Origin: Octopus bimaculoides
Taxonomy: Eukaryota
Assembly (NCBI RefSeq): GCF_001194135.2
Contig: NC_069005.1
Location: 7,735,776 to 7,769,979, forward strand
DNA length: 34,204 nucleotides
Direction: 5' to 3'
Below are positions 24,159 through 34,204 of this stretch, in pieces. Within the stretch, counting starts at the first letter, position 1, and the number at the start of each line of letters is the position of its first letter. The notes beneath the pieces were generated by a model. It was not told where the DNA came from. It did no database searches and saw only the letters and a program-made list of their open reading frames with translations. The translations under genes and the position numbers were made by a program.

Positions 24159-24551
24159 GTTGTTGTTGTTGCCGGCACTCCGTCGCTTACAGCGTCGAGG
24201 GTTCCGGTTGATCCGATCAACGGAACAGCCTGCTCGTGAAATTAACGTGCAAGTAGTTGAGCACTCCACAGACTCGTGTAACCTTAACGTAGTTCTCGAG
24301 GATATTCAGCGTGACACAGTGTGACAAGGCTGACCCTTTGAATTACAGGCACAACAGAAACAGGAAGTAAGAGTGAGAGAAAGTTGTGGTGGAAGAGTAC
24401 AGCAGGGTTCGCCACCATCCCCTGCCGGAGCCTCGTGGAGCTTTAGGTGTTTTTGCTCAATAAACACTCACAACACTGGGTCTGGGAATCGAAACCGCGA
24501 TCCTATGACCGCGAGTCCACTGCCCTAACCACTGGGCCATTGCGCCTCCAC
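24159..24551 (-). mobile_element. Family A SINE, opposite orientation to the other three copies
   Basis: Reverse-complement full-length copy with (CAA)n tail. TSD ggagattaaatt (24147-24158) / ggaggttaaatt (24552-24563), 1 mismatch. Confidence 0.92.
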
Positions 24552-24641
24552 GGAGGTTAAATTACTGTAATGGTTAAGTACCTATTTGCATTTCATTCAA
24601 AACATGTTCAGAAAATGGTTAGAAAAACAGTAAGTCCCTAC

Positions 24642-24759
24642 CTCTGGATGAAACTGTTGTTCAGTTCTAGTGTGACAATAAGAACAATTATCTCCATTTT
24701 CACATTGAGCAGGGTCTCCCCAATCATCACCATGTTTAACATTAGGACATGGCGTTGAC
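24642..24759 (-). CDS. unk: Unkempt exon, CCCH finger 5 ((R)STPCPNVKHGDDWGDPAQCENGDNCSYCHTRTEQQFHPE)
   Basis: Matches the Unkempt motif CPNVKHGDEWGDP..C..GD.C.YCHTRTEQQFHPE. Acceptor ttgcag, donor gtaggg, 118 nt, phase 2 in and 0 out. Not in the supplied ORF track. Confidence 0.97.
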
Positions 24760-25803
24760 CTGCAATATATATGGAAGTTATTAATTTAGAATGAATAATT
24801 ATAAAACACTGAAATAGAGAAACAATGAATGAAAGAACAAAAAAAATTATAAGAATTAAAAAAATAGTTAAAATACAATATAAACCTGGCATGGACAACC
24901 TTTTTCGAGAAGCATGCCAATAAGTAAGTCCCACAAGCCAGTTTGTTCAAAACTGCTATAAACTTCCCCTCAAAATTCAATGTTTATTTATGTTCCAAAC
25001 AGATTAACAATGACAAAATTATTTTACTAAATTCTTTATTATTCCCAAATTTAATCGAAACAGAAAAATCAATGTACTTCAACAGAAATATACCAATGAA
25101 AGGATTAAATAATAAAATTCGACCCTGGAAGGATACCAATATTTGATGTGTTTTTAACATGTCTCAATGAAATAAAAGTTGAAGAAAAATTTGTTATAAG
25201 CAATGGAAGTAATATTAATTCAAAGTTTGTGATCCATATGCATACTTCAAGTGTTTACATGTTGAAAGACTTCAAAACTGTGTTATCTTTATAGATATAT
25301 GATGTTAGAGACACAGAAAAATATTAGCAATAGGTCAAGATTGCTGAGCATTGGTGGTGAAATTGCTGGATCTAGATTTCTGCTTGTTAGCTCAGAAGCA
25401 GTAAATATCCATGTCACCTTACGTCAAGCGAACATCAGCTGCAAGCTGATATGGTTAAACAGTGATTGAAAGGTCACTGTTGTCACATTTAGCTGGCTGG
25501 CAGAACAAAAATTCATTAATAGTGATGGAAGCAATATTGGTTAGAAATTAGCAATCTGTATACATACTTAAAAATGTATGTATGTTGAAAACCTTCTAAA
25601 CTGCAGCGTTCATCTTGAATAAGTATTTTCTACAGATATATAATGTTAGAAACACAGAAAAATATTAGCAGCAGGTGAAGGTTGCCTGGTATTAGTACTG
25701 AAATTGCTGGATCATGATCTCTGCTTGTTAGCTTCAGCAGCAGCAAATAATCCATGTCATCTCATGTCATGCAAATATCAGCTGCTAGGTGATCTAGTTA
25801 GAC

Positions 25804-26124
25804 CAATGGTTCTCAATCATTATTTTATCTATGGACTCCTATCACCATTATTCTATTCTGGTGGATCCCATTTCCATTCGATGTTTAAAAACAAGTTTTA
25901 TAGATGCTTCTTTCAAAATTCCTATTTAGTTATTCACACATTAGCTTGCATAGGTTGAACTATGTAAAGTGTTTGAGAAAAAAATTTTAGCTGCTTCTTG
26001 CAACAAACAAACACATCTAAATCAGAACTTTTTCAAGGATCCCCAATTTATATTTTGCTTATGTGGACCCCCAAAAATCTTATATGGAGACCCTGGGGTC
26101 ACATGGACCGTTTGAGAACCAATG
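25804..26124. mobile_element. hAT-like MITE
   Basis: TIRs caatggttctcaa / ttgagaaccaatg. 8-bp flanks agttagac / agttaaat (6 of 8 match). The host repeat resumes on both sides. Confidence 0.75.
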
Positions 26125-26225
26125 AGTTAAATAGTAATTGAAAGGCCACTGGTGTCGCATTTAGCTGGCAGGCAGAACAAAAATTCATTAGTACCAACAG
26201 AAGCAATATTAGTTCAAAATGAGTG

Positions 26226-26680
26226 ATCATCATCATCATCATCATCATTGTTTAACGTTCCCTTTCCATGCTAGCATGGGTTGGACGATTTGACTGAGGA
26301 CTGGTGAAACCAGATGGCTACACCAGGCTCCAATCTGATTTGGCAGAGTTTCTACAGCTGGATGCCCTTCCTAACGCCAACCACTCCGAGAGTGTAGTGG
26401 GTGCTTTTACGTGCCACCGGCACGAAGGCCAGTCACACAGTATGGCAACAGCCACGCTCGAAATGGTGTATTTTACATGCCACCTGCACAGGAGCCAGTC
26501 CAGTGACACTGGCAATGAACTCGCTCGAATGTCTTTTCACGTGCCAGGAAGGTGACGCTGGTAACAGTCACGCTCAAATGGTGCTATTTTATGTGCCACC
26601 GGCACGAAAGCCAGACAGCTGGTGCTCTGGCAACGATCACGCTCGGACGGTGCTTAGTGATTTACTGGTACTGGTGCCAT
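26226..26680 (-). mobile_element. Family D element with about five internal ~55-60 bp tandem subrepeats
   Basis: (CAT)n start, conserved core, then repeats of gtgccacc.gcac..gccag...ggcaac..cacgctc.aatggtg. Confidence 0.88.
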
Positions 26681-28033
26681 CACGATTTCGCTTATATTAC
26701 GTATATGTTGAAAGCCTTCTAAATTGTGGTACTCATTGTGAGAAAGTATCTTTTATAGACATATAGTGTTAAAAGCATTGCAAAGTATTAGCAGCAGGCG
26801 ATGGTCGCTCAGCATTCAAATTTGAAAGGCTACAGAAGAATATGTTGACTGGACATTTGTTGAATATAGAACATTACGATTATGTGAATCAAGAAAGCAG
26901 TTAGGAATTTTACACATCGCCCCATCCCTAGCCATAATAGGTTAGCCAGGCCACAAGGCAAAATGCCTACGATATTTGTAGATTCTCCTCCCAGAGTAGT
27001 GAAAGAGATGAAGTCGATGCCAAGTTTAAACATCTGCTGCAAAAATCAATGGGTAAGGAGTCTGGTTGAAATGATTAGAACAGAACCTATTTTTCAATGC
27101 ACGTCAGTGCAATCCATGTGTGTGTGTGTGTGTGTGTGTGTGTCTGTGTATGTATTGGAATGATTGTTTTTACAGTTCAGATTAACTTCCTTACAACTAT
27201 AAACAGAGAAAAAGCCTGTGAGGAAGTTTCTGCAAGGTCTCTCAAGATGCTAGAAATAGCAGCTGTACATGCGACCACCATCTTGTTACAGCTGAAACAT
27301 GATACACAGATGTACGGCTCACTTAATGGGACAGTGATTGTATCACATGCCCACTTATGATTGCATCTAACCACACATTCACATTACTGTCGCCTCTAAC
27401 CACATAGTGACCCACAAATTTACTTTAAACTTCACACATCAAACTCTAATAACCTACTTACTATTATTTTTAAGTACACACTGTATCATATAACATTTAA
27501 TGTTACAAAAAGCCAATGTAAAAGCCTCAGGCATTTGATCCGCTAGAAATAACAACTGAAACCTCATCCTAGCATGTTAGGAAAGGACATGCAAGATAAT
27601 GTAGTCATACATGCCTTTAAAACGATGGGATGGTCATGGTTGGAACACCAGAGATCATAAGTCTGATTGATCAGGTCTGATCTGGAACTGTACAGTTGAA
27701 TGCTGTAGTTCAATGATATTGCCACCTATTCATTGCGCTCTTGAGCAAGGAGTGTATAACACAGCTTGCTCTAGTTTGTATATCTTGCCTTAAAACAGGT
27801 TCTATTGTTACTTAATGGTTGAGTGGTTAACTTTTAAAACTGCATCCAGTAACCGAATGTTTTGTTTAAAAAAAAAAAAGAAAGCAACATTATTACACCC
27901 ACAGGAACAATACGTCTGTAAATAGCAAAGGTCATGAGAGAAACTTTTCCTTCTGACTAATACACCAAAAATATAAAAGGAAAAAGCCCAAAATCTTGAA
28001 GAAAACTAAGCAGGAGATATCATCATTGTTTAA

Positions 28034-28253
28034 CCCTTTAGTATTCAGATTACTCTGTCAAATGTAAAGCCTGTTTAATTACATTGTTTTAAATTAATTG
28101 TACAGCATCTTGTAACTCTGAGATTTTGATGATGTCCCTGTTTATTTTTAGAATGACTTTGTAGGATAGGTGTGAGAGGTCAGAGCTGGCTGGTTAGAGC
28201 ATAAAACAGGAAGATAATTTTGGCCTGATATGGCCGGTTTAAACACTAAAGGG
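28034..28253. mobile_element. piggyBac-like MITE, same family as 13631-13851, reverse orientation
   Basis: TTAA|CCCTTTAGT ... ACTAAAGGG|TTAA. The internal sequence matches the reverse complement of 13631-13851. Confidence 0.85.
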
Positions 28254-28257
28254 TTAA

Positions 28258-28880
28258 CGTTCACTTTTCCATGCTTGCATGGGTTGGACAGAGTTTTGAG
28301 GCAGATTTTCAACAGCTGGATGCTCTTCCTGTCACTAGCTTCTATCTGTTTCTAAGCAATGTAATATTTTCCCAGTGGAGGCGCAATGGCCCAGTGGTTA
28401 GGGCAGCGGACTCGCGGTCATAGGATTGCGGTTTTGATTCCCAGACCGGGCGTTGTGAGCGTTTATTGAGCGAAAACACCTAAAGCTCCACGCGGCTCCA
28501 GCAGGGGATGGTGGCGAACCCTGCTGTACTCTTTCACCACAACTTTCTCACACTCTTACTTCCTGTTTCTGTTGTGCCTGTAATTCAAAGGGTCAGCCTC
28601 GTCACACTGTGTCACGCTGAATATCCCCGAGAACTACGTTAAGGGTACACGTGTCTGTGGTGTGCTCAGCCACTTGCACGTTAATTTCACGAGCAGGCTG
28701 TTCCCTTGATCGGATCAACCGGAACCCTCGACGTCGTAAGCGACGGAGTGCCAACAAATATTTTCCCATGGCCAGACATGTTCTTGCAGAATATTGGAAA
28801 TGAATGACACTGCTTGTATGACAGTGACACTCATTTACAACTATTACACGATGTCAAGACAAGGAGACATGAACACACAC
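28258..28880 (-). mobile_element. Older family D-related element, interrupted by the SINE at 28375-28756
   Basis: ttccatgcttgcatgggttggac...acagctggatgctcttcctg...[SINE]...ccagacatg...gacactgcttgtatgacagtgac. Similar diverged copies at about 8870-9095 (opposite strand), 21405-21640 and 22505-22700. Confidence 0.7.
28375..28756 (+). mobile_element. Family A SINE inserted into an older family D-like element
   Basis: Perfect 12-bp TSD aatattttccca (28363-28374 and 28757-28768). The host element resumes on both sides. Confidence 0.92.
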
Positions 28881-28884
28881 ATGT

Positions 28885-29040
28885 GATGGGCTTCTTTCAG
28901 TTTCTGTCTACTAAATCCACTCACAAAGCTTTGGCCTGCCCAAGGCTACAGCAGAAAACATTTACCCAAGGTGCCATCAGTGGGACTGAACCCAGAACCA
29001 TATAGTTGGGAAGCAAACTTCTTACCACACTGCCACACCT
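28885..29040 (-). mobile_element. Family C SINE, 5' portion
   Basis: gatgggcttctttcag...ccactcacaa...ggactgaaccc block, as in 33161-33539. Confidence 0.8.
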
Positions 29041-30008
29041 ACGCCTGGCAACATTTTAATGTCAACAAGAAACGGCAGGTAATAACTCAGCAGATCCAGT
29101 AAAAGTTTTGAACAAAACACCAAGTAACATTTAGTTCTGCCCTTTTAATTTCTTCCTAAATTAGAAACCTGTCAAGGTCAACTTTACTTTTCATTATTCA
29201 TTTACATTATTTATTCATCCATCCATTCATCCATATTTTCCACCCACTATTCCAGGGAAGCATGTGGGGTTAGATTCCTCAGGCATTTCCTCCATAGGGT
29301 CCCATTAGATGCAACTATCAATAGACTTTCTGACTGGATTCCTAAGTGTGACGAACTGAGGCTATGAAAAAGCTATTCATTCATCATCATTTAATAGCCA
29401 TTGTGCTGGTGCCATGTTAAAAGCACCCAGAACACTGTATGAAATGGTTGGTTTTAGGAAAGGTATTCAGCTATAGAAACTATGACAGAACAGAAAATAG
29501 AGCCTAGTGCGGGCCCCTGGTCTTAGCAGCCCCAGTTAAACCATCCAACGCACGCCAGCATGGAAAACAGACATTAAATGATGGTGATGATGATGATTAT
29601 TTTCCATGCTGGTATGATTGGATGGTTTGACAGTATCTGATGAGCCCAAGGACTGCATCATACTCCAGTGTTTCTTTGGATGGTTTCTATGGCCAGGTGC
29701 CCTTCCTGATGCCAATCACTTCACAGCCTGTACTGGGTGCTTTTTTTTTGCACTAATGAGGTTACCATGCAGCACTAATGAGGTTACCATGCAGTTTGCA
29801 AGACTATGAACATTGATTGGAAGGGAGGAGCTTTATGCTGGGAGAATGAGTTGGGAGGGATAAAGTATGAGAGAAAAGGATGGAGCAGAACATTTTTTGG
29901 CTGTAGAGGAGTGACATGACTGCTGTAAAGGAGAAACCGACTGTTTCCTCTCCACTCCACCCACCCCAGTCTATGCACAAGAATGTGTAGAAGTCGAAAA
30001 AAACTTAC

Positions 30009-30144
30009 CTGTATCGGAACTTTTTAGGACTTCTTCTTCTATCCCTAGAATTATGGAACTGAGGACAAGCGTAGCCCTGTCGACAAAGTCGTGGTGGCCG
30101 CTTACATTGTTCAGTTTTATAATTTGCTAAAACATATCCTGTGT
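30009..30144 (-). CDS. unk: Unkempt-family protein, internal exon, CCCH finger 4 ((D)TGYVLANYKTEQCKRPPRLCRQGYACPQFHNSRDRRRSPKKFRY(R))
   Basis: Near-identical to the UNK/UNKL motif YKTExCxxPPRLCRQGYACPxYHNSxDRRRxP as I recall it. Acceptor tttcag, donor gtaagt, 136 nt, phase 1 in and phase 2 out. Confidence 0.97.
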
Positions 30145-30249
30145 CTGAAATGTAGAAAGAAAAAGAAAAAAAAACAGCATTTAGTTTTTCAGTCTTGCTA
30201 ATTGTCAGTAGCAAATTACATATTGAGATGGCTGTGTATTGTGTATGTA

Positions 30250-30459
30250 CTGTATTTTCTGGCATACAAGTTGAATTTTTCGGACCAAAATTTACGGTCA
30301 AAAAGAATAGGTCAATTTATACATGAAGACAACTTTGGAGAACCAAAGATTTCATGTGAAACACATCAAGATTTGTTGGAGAGATGGAGATGATATTTGA
30401 ATGCTTACACAACATGTTTACACTATATATTACATTGACTTGTATGCTGGAAAATACAG
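30250..30459. mobile_element. Tc1/pogo-like MITE
   Basis: TA on both flanks. 22-bp TIR ctgtattttctggcatacaagt / acttgtatgctggaaaatacag with 2 mismatches. Related copies at about 20090-20253 and 8590-8658. Confidence 0.8.
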
Positions 30460-30863
30460 TAAGTATGTGAGTGGGGCAGATAAGTCAGACAATATGAATT
30501 AAGAAATTAGTAATTCACTAACGAAACTTCAAGCCAAGGGAGCCTCTAAGTGGTCACTCAACCTCCTAAAAATAGCAGTAAACAATATTGAGCTTTAAAT
30601 AAGTGTTTATGCCAAAATTTGATGACCACAAGCATAGCTGCTAAGTGCTTAACAAGTTCATTGGATTTAATCCCAATACCTAGGGATTAAATGTTTGCTA
30701 TCATAACCACAGGTGGAGCAATACCTTCTCAGGAATTTTGTAGATGGAGACTGAGTGGTCCACTGTGCGTGTGTGTATTAATGTTTGTTGTTATGTTCAG
30801 TTATAATAAAAACAAGTTTTCATTAATTTGATGGGTTACTTGGTATTTTTGGAGAGTACAAAT

Positions 30864-30941
30864 TTATTATTCTTATACAAGAATGATGTTGACAGTAACT
30901 TTGAAGTCACTATCAACAACATTCTTGTATAAGAATAATAA
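30864..30941 (-). other. 78-nt inverted repeat (hairpin) in an intron
   Basis: Perfect 22-bp outer arms (30864-30885 / 30920-30941) plus 16-bp inner arms with 3 mismatches. Confidence 0.9.
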
Positions 30942-31134
30942 GCGTGCATGCACACACACACACACACACAGTACCAGACCAATGGTACTGCAAGCTTTGG
31001 ACCAGAAGTATCTTGGATTTCTGGATTTTCTGCAGGCAGTCTAAATTTATAGTTAAAATACAAAATAAACTAAAACTATGTAAGTAAAGAGCTAAATAGT
31101 ATTTCTCAGATTCAAATTAATACATTCTTGCCTT

Positions 31135-31312
31135 CATGCGGGTGACATGTAAAAGCACCCACTACACTCTCTGAGTGGTTGGCGTTAGGAAGGGCATCCA
31201 GCCGTAGAAACTCTGCCAAATCAGATTGGAGCCTGGTGTAGCCATCTGGTTTCACCAGTCCTCAGTCAAATCGCCCAACCCATGCTAGCATGGAAAGCGG
31301 ACGTTAAACGAC
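31135..31312 (+). mobile_element. Family D element, short 3' end
   Basis: Nearly identical to 19545-19720. Confidence 0.88.
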
Positions 31313-31523
31313 AATAATGATTAAAAGCAGGCTGTTTGATTTATATCATACTGTACCATGTATACACTATAATATTTATAGGATGATAATTAAATGGAAA
31401 AAAAAAGTAAAGAACCTGATTTTTATGTAACAGATACATAATTAATACACTTCTAAAGCAGTTAATGTTTAATCTTTATATATCCACTTTAAAAAAAGTG
31501 AAGAACGAAACATTTACTTAGCA

Positions 31524-31815
31524 CAGTGGTTCTCAGCTGGGGGTCCATACAACAAAAGAGAAGATTGGGGGTCCACAATAGTATTTTAAGAGATCCTGGA
31601 AAAATTTTGCTTTAGAGGTATGTAGTGGACAGTGAGGTTTTTCTCTCTGACATTTTACATAATTCAACCTACACAAATTAATGTGTAAAAAACAAAATAG
31701 CAATTTTGAAAGAAGTTACTATAAAACTAGTTTTTAAACATCAAATTGCTATGGGAGTCCACCAGAATAAAATAGTAATCAAAGGGGTTCATAGATAGAA
31801 AATGGTTGAGAACAG
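31524..31815. mobile_element. hAT-like MITE, same family, reverse orientation
   Basis: cagtggttctca ... ccaccagaataaaatagtaatcaaaggggttc...ggttgagaac. A right-end fragment is also at about 8495-8565. Confidence 0.7.
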
Positions 31816-32454
31816 TTTTAGCACATATGTTAACCAATTTCAAAAACAGGCTCCATTTACTCAAAATAGTGTACAATATATTGCATGATACTGTGCAGTA
31901 TTCCCAGATTTCTGAAAGCCAGATAAAAGATCCAGTATTGAGTACATATATGTATGTGTGTGCCATAAAGCAAATAGGTATAAACCAGAAAATCTTTAAA
32001 ATGTGTTTTTGGATGAAAATCCCTTCCTAGTGTGATGTTTGTCAACCAGGGAGGACATTGTGATCTTTGTCACTTATATGCCATGGAAACCTGGTAACCA
32101 GCCCTATGAGTCCTAGGGAGTGAGACAGTAATATCCAGGGATTGATGATGAAGATGATAATGGTGCTATTTGTTGTGCCTGAGTGAGTAGCACAGAAAAT
32201 CTATAGTCAATCTGTATCATCACAAATGTAGCAAACCAGTGACTGGCCTGTTGGAAATTATTGTAATTAATGACACTTTCTTCAACAAATATGATATAAA
32301 TGAAATGAGTTTAATTAATTCTGTTGTCTCATACATTTTCTTTTGGTACTATAGCCCTCTCACTTGCTCGCCAACCAACGTAGAACTCAAAGGTTACAGG
32401 CTAAATCGATGCCAGTATGGAAAAAAAAATTAATACAAAACCAAAGATAAAGAC

Positions 32455-32950
32455 TCAAGGAAGCTTCTATATGGTCACTCAACTTGTTAGAAATAGCAGT
32501 GTAATCTACGTCAAAAATCACATGTTGGATAATATGGTACAAGAGAAAAAGATGGGATGATCATAGCTGGAATGTCTTTGAGCAATAGGTCTGCTTAATC
32601 AGGCTTAACTGGGGTTAAATAACAATATTTAGAATCGGGGATAATGGTAACAATCAACTTTTACCAAAGTACCAACTAAAAGTTCGTGAAAGACCATCAA
32701 GAGAGCTTCTATGTGGTTGCTTAAACTTGCTATAAATAGCAGCCAAATGCTTCCTCAAATCCCTTACAACATACTGTTTTGAAAAAGGAAGAATATTCTT
32801 AAAAAGACAGGATGTATCAATCAGGGTTAACTTAGGGTGAACAGCTACAGTTCCTAAGTCACAGGACTGCAGAAAGCAGTCATCTAACCTGGTAGAAATA
32901 GCAATGAAATCGTTCCAAAATCATATCTTCATCTTAAAAAAGGGATGAAA
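32455..32950. repeat. Three adjacent diverged copies of an unclassified interspersed repeat (my family E)
   Basis: Recurrent ggtcactcaac.tgctagaaatagcagc...aaat block, also at about 22970-23100, 27530-27690 and 30535-30580. Confidence 0.65.
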
Positions 32951-33160
32951 AGTTTATGAAGCTTTCTCAATTCTATATTTAGAATTTCTTTACTTTGCAA
33001 CATTTTTAGAGTAATGGTTATGGTGGAATGGACTGTCCATGTCTAAGGAATGTGCAAGTATGAGATAATGTTCTTGATATATGTATAGGGATTGAGTTTA
33101 TGCTTTTGTTGAGGAAGTAAGATCAAACTGTCATGTAGAATACTCTTTATATATTCTATA

Positions 33161-33539
33161 TACTCTTTTACTTGTTTCAGTCATTTGACTGCGGCCATGC
33201 TGGAGCACCGCCTTTAGTTGAACAAATCGACCCCAGGACTTATTCTTTGTAAACCTAGTACTTATTCTATCGGTCTCTTTTGCCGAACTGCTAAGTTACA
33301 GGGACGTAAACACACCAGCATCGGTTGTCAAGCGATGGTGGGGGGGACAAACACCGACACACAAACACACATACATATATACGATGGGCTTCTTTCAGTT
33401 TCCGTCTACCAAATCCACTCACAAGGCTTTGGTCGGCCCGAGGCTATAGTAGAAGACACTTGCCCAAGGTGCCACACAGTAGGACTGAACCCAGAACCAT
33501 GTGGTTGGTAAGCAAGCTACTTACCACACAGCCACTCCT
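33161..33539 (-). mobile_element. Family C SINE, near full length
   Basis: Minus strand reads aggagtggctgtgtggtaag...gggttcagtcc...caccttgggcaagtgtcttc. Colinear with 9109-9585. Confidence 0.88.
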
Positions 33540-33702
33540 ACACCTATATATATACACACACACACACACATACACACACACACATACATGCATGCATACA
33601 AGGAGAGAGACTACAATGTTAATTAGCAAGTGATTTAATTACTATAACAAGGTTTCGTGGGTGTGTTTCATTTCTGACTAGCAACTCAGCTCTTTATACA
33701 AT

Positions 33703-34130
33703 ACTAGCAGAGATACCGAGCTTTGCCCGTGTCACATGGAATTGAAGAATTAGACTTTTCTTTTATATTTTCTCAAACGAACTGGAATACCTATGATTCG
33801 AATTTCATCAAAATTGCAGATTATGAATTTTAATGACGGTTCTTTCCCTCTTTACACGCCCTAACAAAATTTCTAATCATGACATATTTATCCCATACCA
33901 CTCATCTTTATACACAGATTCCAAAATCCAAATCTTATGAAACCTATTCAAAGGTTTTTGCTCCTGAAAAATGGAGCACATGGAGCTCTAAAATGTGGGA
34001 GTTAAGGGGCGTATTGGGGGGTGGGTCTTAAAGTCAACCAGAGAAGTTGAATTGTTGGGAATCTTTTTAACTTAGGTCTTATATCTATTGTTCAAATTTC
34101 TTTGAAATCGGAAATATATGTATGTTCACT
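33703..34130 (+). mobile_element. Possible non-autonomous Helitron/DINE-like element
   Basis: Starts actagcag..accgagctttgcccg and contains aatttcatcaaaattg and aaatttctttgaaatcgg. Recognised from memory only; no second copy in the window. Confidence 0.35.
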
Positions 34131-34204
34131 GGGTTTGTAAAAGAGAGCAAAGCTACAGGAAACCAAAAGACGAATGATCACAATAAGCAGTCAGGTACCC
34201 TACC

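Larger units (their letters stand above)
25259..26830. repeat. Diverged ~320-bp tandem repeat, about 2.4 units, interrupted by a MITE and a family D element
   Basis: Units start atgttgaaa at 25259, 25582 and 26705. Units 1 and 2 share acacagaaaaatattagca, gaaattgctggatc and atttagctggc.ggcagaacaaaaattcatta. Confidence 0.8.

Noticed and set aside
30145-34204. Upstream unk exons for CCCH fingers 1-3
   Set aside because: I found no matching motifs by eye; they probably lie beyond the right edge of the window.

Overview
Repeat-dense, AT-rich animal genomic DNA with four assembly gaps (1345-1982, 4266-5035, 11163-11925, 19188-19504). The SINE and microsatellite content looks like octopus (inference, not verified). 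The only supported gene is an Unkempt-family (UNK/UNKL) CCCH RNA-binding protein on the minus strand. I built 11 internal coding exons by hand between 30144 and 6117: 1625 nt, about 541 codons, all introns GT-AG, all phases compatible. They encode CCCH fingers 4-6, a low-complexity region with a PAM2-like motif, and the coiled coil. The exons for fingers 1-3 were not found and probably lie beyond the right edge. The expected C-terminal RING exon was not found either. The introns hold several tRNA-derived SINE families (four copies with target-site duplications), decayed RTE LINE fragments, three MITE types, a Tc1/mariner 5' fragment and nested insertions. I found no clearly new biological system. 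The best leads are a 78-nt hairpin whose mismatches become G-U pairs only on the transcribed strand, inverted SINE pairs flanking zinc-finger exons (circRNA or A-to-I editing candidates), and the missing RING exon. Element coordinates are approximate unless a TSD or TIR is quoted.
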